Origin: an uncultured Solirubrobacteraceae bacterium
GTDB lineage: Bacteria; Actinomycetota; Thermoleophilia; Solirubrobacterales; Solirubrobacteraceae
Reading direction: 5' to 3'
DNA: 64,000 nucleotides
Assembly: GCA_963838405.1 (NCBI GenBank)
Contig: CAWIRA010000005.1
Location: 83,071-147,070 of the forward strand
In this document: positions 36,064 through 45,868 of the stretch, in pieces
Numbering within the stretch: the first letter of the stretch is position 1
How the letters are laid out: every line of letters starts with the position of its first letter
Position numbers and translations under genes: made by a program
The notes under the pieces: model-generated
Told to the model about the DNA's origin: nothing
Databases searched by the model: none
What the model saw: the letters and a program-made list of their open reading frames with translations, nothing else

Positions 36064-36659
36064 CCGAGCTCAGGCAGCGACAGGCTGCCGTCCGGGCCGT
36101 CCGTCCGCAACCGTTCGAGCAGCGTCTCGAGGATGCGGGCGGTCGCGCCCCAGATGAGATGCTCGTCGACGACGTAGGTGTCGGTTTCGAAGGTGATGCC
36201 GCGCCGTTCCATGCGCGTCCTCGTCCGGCCCGCGCGCACCGCGTCCAGTGGCAGCTCGAGCACCGCGTCGACCTCGCGCGCCGACAGCTGCCACGCGACC
36301 CCCGCCGGGACCGTCCCCACGAACGGGTGGATCACGTAGTTGGTGGCGAACGTCGAAGTTGGCTCCAGCGCGCCAAGCAGCCGGACCCGTGAACGTTCCA
36401 GGCCGATCTCCTCTTCGGCCTCGCGCAGCGCCGTCGTTGTCAGGTCGCGATCCTCTGCGTCCTGGCGCCCGCCCGGGAACGAGATCTCGCCCGCGTGGCG
36501 GCGCAGGTCGGCGCGACGCCGGGTGAGCACCACATGCGGGTCACGCGCCTCGCCTCCAAGAAACAGCGGCACGAGAACCGCCGCCGGAATCTGCTCGCTG
36601 CCGGCAGGCCGGACGAAGCTGGAGTCGGAGGAGTCAGGCGGCCAGGTGAACGCGCTCAA
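36060..36659 (-). CDS. CoA pyrophosphatase (Nudix)
   Basis: LTRR...HAGEISFPGG, ALREAEEEIG, IWGATA. Confidence 0.9.
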   Translation of the reverse strand: MSAFTWPPDSSDSSFVRPAGSEQIPAAVLVPLFLGGEARDPHVVLTRRRADLRRHAGEISFPGGRQDAEDRDLTTTALREAEEEIGLERSRVRLLGALEPTSTFATNYVIHPFVGTVPAGVAWQLSAREVDAVLELPLDAVRAGRTRTRMERRGITFETDTYVVDEHLIWGATARILETLLERLRTDGPDGSLSLPELG

Positions 36660-37041
36660 TGCGCTCCTGGAACATGACCTCGCCGTCGAGTGCGCGGTGT
36701 ACCGGGCACTTCGCCGCGATCACGCGCAGCCGTTCCACCTGCTCCTCTGGGAGGTTGTCCGGCAGTCGCATCACGAGCTGGAACTTGGTCGGAGCGCCAC
36801 GCTCCGCCGGGCTGTACTCGACGTCGACCTCAACATGGCCGATGTCCCAGCCCTTGCGCGCTGCATACATCTCGATCGTGATCGCCGTGCACGAGGCGAG
36901 GCTCGCGGCGAGCAGCTCCTGAGGATCCGGTGCGCTGTCGTCTCCGCCCGCATCCAGCGGCTCGTCCACCGTCACCTGGTGGTCGCGGACCTGCACCGTG
37001 TGTCTGAGTGTTCCACCATCGCGTCGTGCGGAGGCCTTCAT
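36634..37041 (-). CDS. OsmC/Ohr family protein
   Basis: DEP..AGGDD..PDPQELL..SLASC, KCPVHRAL; ATG 37041. Confidence 0.9.
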   Translation of the reverse strand: MKASARRDGGTLRHTVQVRDHQVTVDEPLDAGGDDSAPDPQELLAASLASCTAITIEMYAARKGWDIGHVEVDVEYSPAERGAPTKFQLVMRLPDNLPEEQVERLRVIAAKCPVHRALDGEVMFQERIERVHLAA

Positions 37042-37114
37042 CCTTGTGAGCCCTGGCGTGTGTGTCAATTCGATCCCCTCGATCGGCTGCTACTTATGCT
37101 TTTTTTCATGATAC

Positions 37115-38422
37115 TCATCGGCCGGACGCGCCAAGCGGGTTGAACAGCAGGCCCGTCAAGAGCTTCGGATAGAAGAACGTCGACTTCGGCGGCATGTTCT
37201 CGCCGGCAGCCGCGACGTCGCGCACCTGGCCCACCGGCGTGGGCCGCATCAGGAACGCGGCGTCGTACTCGCCGGAGCGCACCATCGCGAGTGCCTCGGC
37301 TGTGTCGCGCGCGTAGAACAGGCCGTTGAAGTGAGCGATGTCCTCATCGCTGTAGCCGAGCGCGTTCTTCAGTAGCAGCGTCTCCAACACGCCGGTGTCG
37401 AGGTGCCGGTAGGCCGCGGAGTAACCCGGCAGCGCCGCGTCGGCGATCGCCTGATCCTTGAGCGTCAGGCGCAGCGCGCGCCCGTCACGACCGTCGAAGT
37501 AGCCGAGCTGCAGCGGCCCTGCGCCCGGCGGCGGCGTGATCTCCTCGAGCGGCACCTCGGTGATCTCGAAGTCGCGCGCCAGCGCCTGCTCCAGCGCCGC
37601 CCGGCGCTCGTCGTCGAGGCCGCCGATCAGGCGATGCGTGGGGAACACCGTCAGCCCTGGGTCCTCCAGTGCGACCAGGCACATCAGGATGTAGCGCTGG
37701 TCGCCGTCGCCGGGGATCTCGTGCGCGTACGCCTGCATCGTCTCGTAGCGGTGGTGCCCGTCGGCGATCAACAGCTCCGCATCGCCGGTCGCAGTCTGTA
37801 CGGCGGCGATCGCCTCCGGATCCGACACGCGCCACAGACGATGCACGGTGCCGTCGGCGTCCGTGATGTCGGCCCACGGCGTCTGCTCGGTCGCCGCTGC
37901 GATCGCCCGCCAGGCGGCGTCGGTCGGGTCTGAGTACAGCGAGAAGATCGGTGAGATGTTCGCCTGCGTCGCGCGCGTGAGCCGCAGCCGGTCCTCCTTC
38001 GGCCCCGGATGCGTCCGCTCGTGCGGTCGCACGCGGCCGGGGCCATAGTCCTCGATGCGCACTCGGCAGAAGAAGCCGCGGCGTGTGCGCCGCTGGCCGT
38101 CGGGTCCCGTGTAGTCCTGCGTATGCGCCCACAGTGCCGGCTCCTCGTCGCGGACCACCGCGCCCTGCGCCTGCCAGTGCTCGAACAGTTCGCCCGCCGC
38201 GGCATACGGATCCTGGGCGCCGGCTGCGCCCGTGCCGCCCATGTCCTCGCCGTGGGCGCCCAGCGGCAGGTCAACCGCGACCACGTTGAACGGCGAGCGC
38301 GCTATGAGCTCCGCGCGTTGTGCCGCGTCGATCACGTCGTAGGGCGGTGCCACCACGTTCGCCAGCTCGCCCACCACGGCGGGGTCGTAGCGGAGCGCGC
38401 GCAGGGGTTGGACGTCGACCAT
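37115..38422 (-). CDS. DUF1015 family protein
   Basis: PPYDVI, PHERT, IADGHHRYET, MPPKSTFFYPK. Confidence 0.9.
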   Translation of the reverse strand: MVDVQPLRALRYDPAVVGELANVVAPPYDVIDAAQRAELIARSPFNVVAVDLPLGAHGEDMGGTGAAGAQDPYAAAGELFEHWQAQGAVVRDEEPALWAHTQDYTGPDGQRRTRRGFFCRVRIEDYGPGRVRPHERTHPGPKEDRLRLTRATQANISPIFSLYSDPTDAAWRAIAAATEQTPWADITDADGTVHRLWRVSDPEAIAAVQTATGDAELLIADGHHRYETMQAYAHEIPGDGDQRYILMCLVALEDPGLTVFPTHRLIGGLDDERRAALEQALARDFEITEVPLEEITPPPGAGPLQLGYFDGRDGRALRLTLKDQAIADAALPGYSAAYRHLDTGVLETLLLKNALGYSDEDIAHFNGLFYARDTAEALAMVRSGEYDAAFLMRPTPVGQVRDVAAAGENMPPKSTFFYPKLLTGLLFNPLGASGR

Positions 38423-38475
38423 GGCGGCGGAGGCTAGCAGCGCCGCTCTGACTGGCGGTTAGACTGAGGACACTT

Positions 38476-38549
38476 CGGGGCGTAGCGAAGCCTGGTATCG
38501 CACCACATTTGGGGTGTGGGGATCGCCGGTTCAAATCCGGCCGCCCCGA
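38476..38549 (+). tRNA. tRNA-Pro (anticodon TGG), CCA not encoded
   Basis: CGGGGCG/CGCCCCG acceptor stem, CCACA-TTTGGGG-TGTGG anticodon arm, GGTTCAAATCC T arm. Confidence 0.96.
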
Positions 38550-38636
38550 TTAACTGGACACGAGTTCTCGCAACCTGCAGGAGCGGCATTTGGCGGCCGC
38601 GGGTGCTCGCGAGAGGCACTGCGCCGCGGCTCGCGC

Positions 38637-39670
38637 TCACGCGCTGGTTGCGGCACCGGCGTCGCTCGGGCTCGATGGCGGGATCTCGTCGGCAGGTCGC
38701 CGTTTGGCCACGACTGCCAGGGGAATCCTCTGCGGCGGTGCCGGAGCCTGTAGGCGAGCGCGCCGTGGGCGTTCATCGCGTGCCACGCGGCGTGCGTGGT
38801 GAGCGTGAACCTCGGGATCCAGAAGCGCTCCTCGATCGGGTCGAGCGGTGTCGGTGCTGGCGCGAGGTCGACGTCGGCGGCGACGTGGCTCTCGCCGTCC
38901 TCGAGCGTCAAGCACGCGAGGATCGTGCCGTCGCGGTCGCAGATCTGTGACTCGCCCAGCATCTGGGTCTTCCAGGGAATGCCGGGGCCGAGCGGCGTTT
39001 CGCCTTCAATCGCGCCGACGTGGCAGGCGATCGCGACCGGTGCGCCCGTCAGCCTCGCGACCTGGCTGGGGAGCGCACGTGCCTGTGCCCGCCAGATCGT
39101 GTGCTCGCGCTCGGCCCACGCATGCAGCGGGCCGGGCCAGTTAAGCGGCATTGAAGGCCAGCACATGCCCCCCAGCACGACGTGCGCGTCCCGCGCGCGC
39201 ACGCGGGCGGAGGTCCGAAAGCGCGCCCACTCCGAGCCCGACATCATCCCGACCTCGCAGCCGAGCGCCACGCTGCGTGTCACTCCCTCATCGTCGCCGC
39301 CGACGTAGAAATGCTGCTCCCACGCTGTCGGGATGTCCTTGTCGTGTAGGTGTACGGCGCCGTCGGGCTCGGCGAGCACGAACGTGCCGTAGGTGTGTTT
39401 GCCGCGCACGGCGACGAACCCGCCGCCGATCACGCAGTCCAGCTCGCGCGCGAGCCGCGTCAGCAGCTGAAACGGCTGACCGTCGACCGGCCGCGGCGTA
39501 CCCCTGAGCATCTTGGCGAAGACATTCGGCGTCGTGCACGCCTCCGGGAGGAGGATCACCTCCGGCGAGTGCTCACCGTGGGCGTCGCGGATCAGGTCCT
39601 CGATCCGCTCGAGGTTGCGCGCGACCTCGCCCAACGCGAGGGCCGGCTGCACGACCGCGATGCGCGTCAT
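38637..39670 (-). CDS. Carbon-nitrogen hydrolase (nitrilase superfamily) lacking the canonical Cys; apparent 1-nt deletion near the 3' end
   Basis: RIAVVQ, LPEA, HDKD; as read the frame runs to 38531, but adding one C at 38691-38692 gives DLPDEIPP...SA-stop at 38637. Confidence 0.8.
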
Positions 39671-41139
39671 CCGAGCACCTCCTCGCCGACGGCGTCGTTT
39701 GACGTCGCGACGTTCGGCGCGGCCATCGGCGTGGCCAGGGCGGATGCCCGCGCCGGCGTTGGCGCCGCGGGCCATTCGGCTCCGGGATGCTCGGAGCCCA
39801 CGATCGTGCGGGTCGATCGGAAGCGCCCTGCGCGCCGCTCGAGGTCGATCGCCAGCTGCGTGCGGAGGTCCGGGAGCAGACGGCGCAGTATCTGTCGGCG
39901 CGGCTGTTCGCCGTGCCACATGGCAGCTGCGAGCGCACGTGCCAGTCGTGGTGCAGTCGCGATCTGCTGCGGCGTGCGCGCGCGGCCGAACAGGTCCGTG
40001 ATGTCCGGGTCGGTCGTGCGTCCAGCGTCGCGAACCAGCTCGCACACCAGCGCCGACTGGCGTTCGACGCGCGTGTCCGAGTTTGCGAAGTGGTAGGCGG
40101 GCAGGCACTCGCGATCGCGCGCCGCCTCCCACTCGCGGGTCGCGCGGTCGACGGCCTCGGCATCGTCCAGCACCGGCAGCACCTGCTCTGCGAGCGTCCG
40201 CCCCGCGAACATCGCGTCGCGCATGCCCTGTCCGGTGACCGGGTCCTTGAAGTGCCCGGCGTCTCCTGCAAGTGCCCAGCCGGGACCGGATGACGCGCGG
40301 AAGAATGCCGGCGTCTCGCCCGTCGAGCGCAGCTTCGTCCCCGCAGGCGCGCCCGCCACGCGCGCTGCCAGGCCCGGGTGCTCCACAAGCTTGCGCTGCC
40401 AGTAGCCCTCCGGGTCCGCGCGCGCGTCGCTGATCTCTCGGCGATCCCCCATCAGCAAGACCAGCAGGCGCCCCATGGGCGTGCTCGGGAACGCGAACGC
40501 GAACGAGTCACCCTCGCGCCACTGGGAGTAGGTCTCGGCCTCGATGCCTCCCGCCAGCGGGTCCTCGAGGTAGCGGAAGACCAGACCGCGGCCGTTACGC
40601 GAGACCCGGTAGGGCGTCCACGCGCCCACCAGCGCGGCGATCGTCGAGCGCCGGCCGTCGGCGCCCACCAGTAGCGTCGAAGCGAGGTCGTGCTCGATGC
40701 CGTCCCCGTCGCGGTAGCGCACGCCGACCACGCGCCCGCCGCGCCAGCGCAGCGACTGCACCGTGCAGTGCTCGCGCACCACAGCGCCTTGGTCGCGTGC
40801 CGCGCGCACCAGCTGTACGTCCTGGAGGTCGCGCGGGACGCACACGCCGTAGTCGATTCCGTCGGTTGCCGGTCGCAGTCGCTCCAGCGCGCTCGCGCCC
40901 TCGACGACGATCTGTACCCAGCGCACCCGCGAGGGCTTGCACTCGAGGATCCGCGGCAGCGCCCCAAGCTTGGCCAGCTCGCTCGTACCCGCGGGCATCA
41001 GCACGTGGGTCGAGAGCTGGTCGGACGGGAACCCCATCCTGTCGAGCACCACCACGCGGCGTCCCGCCCGCGCCAACGGTGCCGCGACCGCGCAGCCCGC
41101 CAAGCGCGCCCCCACTACCACCACGTCGACCTCCTCCAC
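39667..41139 (-). CDS. FAD-dependent oxidoreductase (geranylgeranyl-reductase/hydroxylase-like)
   Basis: DVVVVGARLAG, VGADGRRS, GDAGHFKDPVTGQG; GAGG RBS before GTG 41139. Confidence 0.88.
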   Translation of the reverse strand: MEEVDVVVVGARLAGCAVAAPLARAGRRVVVLDRMGFPSDQLSTHVLMPAGTSELAKLGALPRILECKPSRVRWVQIVVEGASALERLRPATDGIDYGVCVPRDLQDVQLVRAARDQGAVVREHCTVQSLRWRGGRVVGVRYRDGDGIEHDLASTLLVGADGRRSTIAALVGAWTPYRVSRNGRGLVFRYLEDPLAGGIEAETYSQWREGDSFAFAFPSTPMGRLLVLLMGDRREISDARADPEGYWQRKLVEHPGLAARVAGAPAGTKLRSTGETPAFFRASSGPGWALAGDAGHFKDPVTGQGMRDAMFAGRTLAEQVLPVLDDAEAVDRATREWEAARDRECLPAYHFANSDTRVERQSALVCELVRDAGRTTDPDITDLFGRARTPQQIATAPRLARALAAAMWHGEQPRRQILRRLLPDLRTQLAIDLERRAGRFRSTRTIVGSEHPGAEWPAAPTPARASALATPMAAPNVATSNDAVGEEVLG

Positions 41140-41194
41140 GAGCGCGCCTCGTCGTCTGACGGCATCCCGGACAGCGCCGCCGCCGTCCGCGCTG

Positions 41195-41788
41195 TCAGGC
41201 GCGCGACTCACGGTCGGGCCGTTCGCGCCAGCGCCGATCCATCGTGCGGAGCATCTGTGGATAGACAATCAGGTATCGGAATGGCTTTATCGCCGCCATG
41301 TACGCACGCCCTAGGAGTCCGTTGGGCTTCACGTAGATCGCCATCTGGCCGCGGTAGCCGTCGCTTCCCTCGGCGACCCAGCCAAAGTGCAGAATGCCAT
41401 GCATCGTATGGTTCGCGATCTCGGCGGCGAACTCGTCGTCGGTCAGGTAGAGCGAGGTGAAGGGGAGCGCCTCGAAGCTCGGCCCGCTGGCGGCGCGGAG
41501 GTCATCGGGCAGCCGTTCGCGAAGCGTTGTGACCCTCGACCCAAGTCCCTCATCCGGGTCGTCGAGGCCGAACAGCTCGCCGAGCTTCCACCGCAGCGAC
41601 AACAGCGTCCGCGTTGCGCACGATGCGCTCTTCGCCGGATCGGCTGCGGCGAACCCCTCGACGAAGATCGGAAACTCATCGGCCTGACCGCGCGTCGGCA
41701 GCGCCCACACATCCTCGAGCCGAAAGTCGCCGGCGATCTCGTGGATCCGCCAGGGTCTGGATGTATGCGCCGAGTTCGAGAGCCTCAT
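41195..41788 (-). CDS. DUF2867 family protein
   Basis: FRLEDVWALP, YLTDDE.AAEIANHTMHG, VKPNG..G..YM..IKPFR. Confidence 0.75.
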   Translation of the reverse strand: MRLSNSAHTSRPWRIHEIAGDFRLEDVWALPTRGQADEFPIFVEGFAAADPAKSASCATRTLLSLRWKLGELFGLDDPDEGLGSRVTTLRERLPDDLRAASGPSFEALPFTSLYLTDDEFAAEIANHTMHGILHFGWVAEGSDGYRGQMAIYVKPNGLLGRAYMAAIKPFRYLIVYPQMLRTMDRRWRERPDRESRA

Positions 41789-41815
41789 CGCCAGTCGCTC
41801 ATCGTATTTTGATCC

Positions 41816-41829
41816 ATACGCGAGCGTAT
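41816..41829. promoter_or_regulatory. Palindromic operator between DUF2867 and tetR
   Basis: ATACGC-GA-GCGTAT in the divergent intergenic region. Confidence 0.6.
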
Positions 41830-41891
41830 AGTTGGATGCTAGCATCGTCGTCTGGCATGTCAACAGCGAGCCGAACCCGCTAGGCAGGGCA

Positions 41892-42452
41892 GTGGCGCCG
41901 TCGGTCCGAACGCCTCGCAACAGGTGGATCGAAGCCGGGCTGAACGCGCTCGCCGCGGGCGGCCCGGACGCCGTCAGGATCGAGTCCTTGGCGCAGGGGT
42001 TGGGCGTCAGCAAGGGCGGCTTCTACTGGCACTTCAGCGACCGCCGCGCGCTGCTCGAGGAGATGCTGGACGCGTGGGAGCGTACGTGGGTCGACGAGGT
42101 GATCGAGGCTGTCGACGCCGAGGGCGGGGACGCGAGGTCAAGACTGAGGGGGCTGTTCGCACTGGCCGCCGCCTCAGGCGGTGAGCTCTTGAAGACGGAG
42201 CTGGCGATCCGCAGCTGGGCCCGGCGCGAGGAGGCGGTCGCTGAGCGACTGCGGCACGTCGACAACAGGCGCATGGACTACATGCGCTCCCTGTTCGGGG
42301 CCATCTGCGAGGACGACGACGAGGTCGAGGCTCGCTGTCTGCTCACCTTCTCGCTGTTCGTCGGCGGTCACTTCGTCAGCGTCGATCACGGCGGGCGCAG
42401 CCGGGCTGAGGCGCTGGAGCTGGCTCTGGAGTGGCTCGCACGGGAGGGGTGA
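41892..42452 (+). CDS. TetR family regulator
   Basis: WIEAG...GGPDAVRIE.LA..LGVSKGGFYWHF. Confidence 0.93.
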   Translation: MAPSVRTPRNRWIEAGLNALAAGGPDAVRIESLAQGLGVSKGGFYWHFSDRRALLEEMLDAWERTWVDEVIEAVDAEGGDARSRLRGLFALAAASGGELLKTELAIRSWARREEAVAERLRHVDNRRMDYMRSLFGAICEDDDEVEARCLLTFSLFVGGHFVSVDHGGRSRAEALELALEWLAREG

Positions 42453-42523
42453 GCTGACGAGCCTCTCCACCAAGCAGGATCCGGGTTTGGGCATGAGCCG
42501 CGACGACCGCGGCCGGTGTTCGC

Positions 42524-43333
42524 CTACGCCGCGCGTGCGCTCGGCACGAGCCGCAGCCGGCCCGGCAGGAACGGGATCACCGCACGCTTGAGATAATCCG
42601 CGCCCCCCGCCACGAGCGCCTTGCGCACGAGCGTCGGCGGCAGCGCCGAGAAGCCGTACTGCTCGCGGATTGAGTCGGGCAGCAGCGCGACGGTTACGAA
42701 GTTCACGGTCTCGAGCAGCGGCCGTGCGAGCAGCGGCACTGGCGGTTCGAGCACGATCTGACGGGCCCGCCTCCGCGCCCAGTCGGTGACGACGAGCTCG
42801 TCGCCCTCGAGCATCCGCGTCCGGTAGTCGTTGAGGTCCTCGAGTGTCGCCGGCATCGCGCTGTCCTCGAGACCGAACAGCGCGCCGACGACCCTGTAGT
42901 CCTGCCACAGTGCTGCCTTCTCAGCGTCGGAGAGTGAGTGGACGTAGCGGCTGTAGACGACCATCGCCGAGTCGGCGAGCGTGAACAGCACCCACAGCAA
43001 CAGCCCGGGGTCGTCCGCGCGGTAGGGGGTGCCCGCCGCATAGGCGCCGATCGGCTCGGGCAGGCTGCCGCTGACGCGGCGGTGCATCGCGCGCACGCGG
43101 CGGGTGACCCGGTTCGCCTCGGCGCGCGAGCCGAACGCGATCGTGTTCATCGTCTTCGCCGTGCGCACAAGTCGCTCGTAGGGCTCGTCGAGCGCCGTCG
43201 AGTGGGCGAGCAAGCCGAACACGGCGAGGGGATGGGCGGCCTGCATCAGCAGCGCTCGCGGGCCCGAAAGCGCGACGGCACGCTCGCGGTTCACCCTACG
43301 GAACATCGACCGCTCGTCGAAGTAGCCCGGCAT
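42524..43333 (-). CDS. DUF2236 / MpaB-like oxygenase family protein
   Basis: RALLMQAAHP, RAMHRRVSG, YRADDPGLLLWV. Confidence 0.85.
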   Translation of the reverse strand: MPGYFDERSMFRRVNRERAVALSGPRALLMQAAHPLAVFGLLAHSTALDEPYERLVRTAKTMNTIAFGSRAEANRVTRRVRAMHRRVSGSLPEPIGAYAAGTPYRADDPGLLLWVLFTLADSAMVVYSRYVHSLSDAEKAALWQDYRVVGALFGLEDSAMPATLEDLNDYRTRMLEGDELVVTDWARRRARQIVLEPPVPLLARPLLETVNFVTVALLPDSIREQYGFSALPPTLVRKALVAGGADYLKRAVIPFLPGRLRLVPSARAA

Positions 43334-43336
43334 CCG

Positions 43337-44509
43337 CTACACGGTCCTAGGCGAAGACGCGGTGACCGGCTGGGGAGCGCCCTGAGCGGCTGCCGATCCG
43401 CGGACCGCCACGAGCGTGGCCACGCAGACAGCTGTCGCGAGGACGTACACGAGCCAGTCGCCGGACAGTCCCGCGATCGCGCCCGCGGCGACGGGTCCGA
43501 GCATTGCGCCCAGCGCCCAGACGGCGTTCATCACGCCGAAGGCATGTCCCTGCGCGAGGCCGGCGCGTTCGGCGCCTTCGGCGATCAGCGCGAACGCCGG
43601 CGTGAACAGGAGTCCGTACGCCGTCGAAGCGAGCAGCACCAGCGCTGCGTACACCAGCGGACGGCCGGCGAGCGCCAGCGTCAGCGACAGCAGCGCCGCC
43701 GCGAGCAGTGCGAAGCGAACCGGCACGAACGCGCCGCGCCGGTCGCTTGCGCGCCCGATGAACGGCGAAGCGGCCGCCTCGAGGGCGGCGCCGAGCAGCC
43801 ACACAGCTCCGATTGCGGTTGCGCTCCAGCCGGCCGACGCGAGATGCAGCGGACCGAGCACCGAGAGCATCCCGGCGAGCAGCGAGGCGATCGACAGGAG
43901 GGCGAGCCCACTGGCAAGACGCGGATGCGCAAAGGCGCGGATGACCGGCCCTGCCGGTGACTCCCGCACGGACGGCGACGGGGTCAGCAGCGTGCGCGCC
44001 GCCAGCAGCGCCGCGAGGCCCGCGAGCGCAATGAAGATCACCGTGCGTCCGACGAGCGCCGCGGCGGCGCCCACGACCGGACCGAAGAGCGCGCCGACCA
44101 CCGCTGCGCCCATCGCCACGCCTATCAACTCGCCGCGGCGCCGTCGCGGCGCCGCCGCGAGCAGCCATGAGAAGGAACCCGCCCACGTGAAGGCGCTACC
44201 GCATCCCTGCAGCACGCGCGCCGCGAGCAACGTCGGGAACGTGTCCGCGAGCGCGAAGCCGATGCTCGCGAAGCCCATCAGCGCGAGACCCACCAGCACC
44301 GCTCGCTTCGGGCCGATGCGAACGGCTGCGAACCCACCTGGAAGGCCGCCGAGCAGCGCGCCGACGGCGTAGGACGCGGTCAGCACGCCGGCCGCGAGCT
44401 TCGAGAGCCCGAACTCGTGCGTGAAGTGCGGCAGCAACGGCGTCAGCGCGGCGAACAGCATTGTGTCGACGAAGACCACCGCTGCGACGAGTGGGAGCAG
44501 ACGGCGCAT
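43337..44509 (-). CDS. MFS transporter
   Basis: About 12 TM segments, ARVLQG motif; -10 TAGCGT 7 nt before ATG. Confidence 0.9.
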   Translation of the reverse strand: MRRLLPLVAAVVFVDTMLFAALTPLLPHFTHEFGLSKLAAGVLTASYAVGALLGGLPGGFAAVRIGPKRAVLVGLALMGFASIGFALADTFPTLLAARVLQGCGSAFTWAGSFSWLLAAAPRRRRGELIGVAMGAAVVGALFGPVVGAAAALVGRTVIFIALAGLAALLAARTLLTPSPSVRESPAGPVIRAFAHPRLASGLALLSIASLLAGMLSVLGPLHLASAGWSATAIGAVWLLGAALEAAASPFIGRASDRRGAFVPVRFALLAAALLSLTLALAGRPLVYAALVLLASTAYGLLFTPAFALIAEGAERAGLAQGHAFGVMNAVWALGAMLGPVAAGAIAGLSGDWLVYVLATAVCVATLVAVRGSAAAQGAPQPVTASSPRTV

Positions 44510-44533
44510 GTGAGCCACGCTAGCAACGCTGCG

Positions 44534-45868
44534 TCAGGCGCCCAGCGCGAACAGCGGCCAACGACCGGGTACGCCCTTCAGGTCATGAAAGCCGCGGTCG
44601 GCGAACACGAACGGGCCACCCACGACCGTGCCGAACACGGTGCCGGACACCAGCACTTCGCCGGGGGCGGCGAGCGCGCTGATGCGCGAGGCGATGTGCA
44701 CCGCCATGCCGCCGACGTCGTCGCCGATCAGCTCGCACTCGCCCGTGTGCATGCCGACGCGCACCTCGATGTCGAGAGCGCGGGCGCTGCGCGTGATCGC
44801 TAGCGCGCACCGCAGCGCGCGCGACGGCGGCCCGTCGAAGGTCGCGATGAAGCCGTCCCCGACCGTCTTGACCTCACGGCCGCCGAAGCGTGCGAGCTCC
44901 GCCCGTACACGCTCGTCGTGGTGCGCGAGCAGGTCGCGCCAGCGACCGTCGCCGAGCGCTGCCGCACGCGCCGTCGCCGCGACGATGTCGGTGAACAGCA
45001 CCGTCAGCAGCGCGCGCGCGAATTCTCCGCCGCTGCGCACGCCGGTCAGGAACTCCTCGACCTCCTCGACGATCGCGTCGCTGTCGCCGACGAACGGGAA
45101 CGAGTCTTCTCCCTCGAGCTCGACGTAGCGGGCACCCGGGATGTGCTCAGCCAGGTAGTGGGAGTGGCGCACGTCCCACACCCGCTCGCGCGGGCGGTGC
45201 ATGACGAGCGTGGGCACGCGGATGTTCGGCAGCACGTGGCGTACGTCGAGGTCGACCATCGCGTTGGCGATGATCCGCGCCTCGTTCGGACTCGCGGCCA
45301 GCCGTTGCATCCGTGCGAACCAGTCGACGAGCGCCGGATCCTCGGCCATCGACGGCGCCCACGCGGCCATGGCTTCGCTGTTCGGTTCACCCCAGGTGGC
45401 GATGTTGCGCTCGCTGAGCGCCTCGCGTTCCTCGAGCGTCATCGCCCACTCGTAGTCGGGCGCCCACGAGGTGCGGGCGGTGGACGCGTACATGATCAGT
45501 GCGCCGATGCGCTCAGGGTGCTCGGCGGCGAGCAGCGCACCGACGAGACCGCCCTGTGCGTAGGTGATCAGCGCGGCGCGTTCACTGCCGGCGGCGTCGA
45601 GCACGGTCAGCGCGTCGCTCACCTCCTGCTCGACGGTGTAGCTCTCGATGACGCGTTCGGACAGCCCGGTCCCGCGGCTGTCGTAAAGGATCAGACGGCC
45701 AAACGTGGTGAGTCGTTCCAGGAAGCGACGGTTGGCGGGCGCCTCCCAGAGCTGCTCGAGCTGGGTCAGCCAGCCGGTCAGGAACAGCAGGTCCAACGGC
45801 CCGTCGCCGACGACCTGGTAGGCGATGCTCGCCTCGCCGCTGCGCGCGTAACGGGTGACGGGTCCCAT
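44534..45868 (-). CDS. Alpha/beta-hydrolase-fold plus class III adenylate/guanylate cyclase (Rv1900c/LipJ-like)
   Basis: IAYQVVGDGP, YDSRGTGLS, then LFTDIV, KTVGDG, GMHTGE, AVHIASRI; ATG 45868. Confidence 0.92.
   Translation of the reverse strand: MGPVTRYARSGEASIAYQVVGDGPLDLLFLTGWLTQLEQLWEAPANRRFLERLTTFGRLILYDSRGTGLSERVIESYTVEQEVSDALTVLDAAGSERAALITYAQGGLVGALLAAEHPERIGALIMYASTARTSWAPDYEWAMTLEEREALSERNIATWGEPNSEAMAAWAPSMAEDPALVDWFARMQRLAASPNEARIIANAMVDLDVRHVLPNIRVPTLVMHRPRERVWDVRHSHYLAEHIPGARYVELEGEDSFPFVGDSDAIVEEVEEFLTGVRSGGEFARALLTVLFTDIVAATARAAALGDGRWRDLLAHHDERVRAELARFGGREVKTVGDGFIATFDGPPSRALRCALAITRSARALDIEVRVGMHTGECELIGDDVGGMAVHIASRISALAAPGEVLVSGTVFGTVVGGPFVFADRGFHDLKGVPGRWPLFALGA

Noticed and set aside
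37085-37115. Operator upstream of osmC (CTTATGC-T7-CATGATA)
   Set aside because: The half-sites match only weakly; it may just be the AT-rich promoter
41140-41164. Upstream ATG implying another frameshift in the FAD oxidoreductase
   Set aside because: The in-frame GTG at 41139 has a well-spaced GAGG, so no indel is needed
44534-45868. Pycsar/CBASS-type defence cyclase
   Set aside because: The architecture is the common Rv1900c-like hydrolase-cyclase in core context, with no cNMP-binding effector gene
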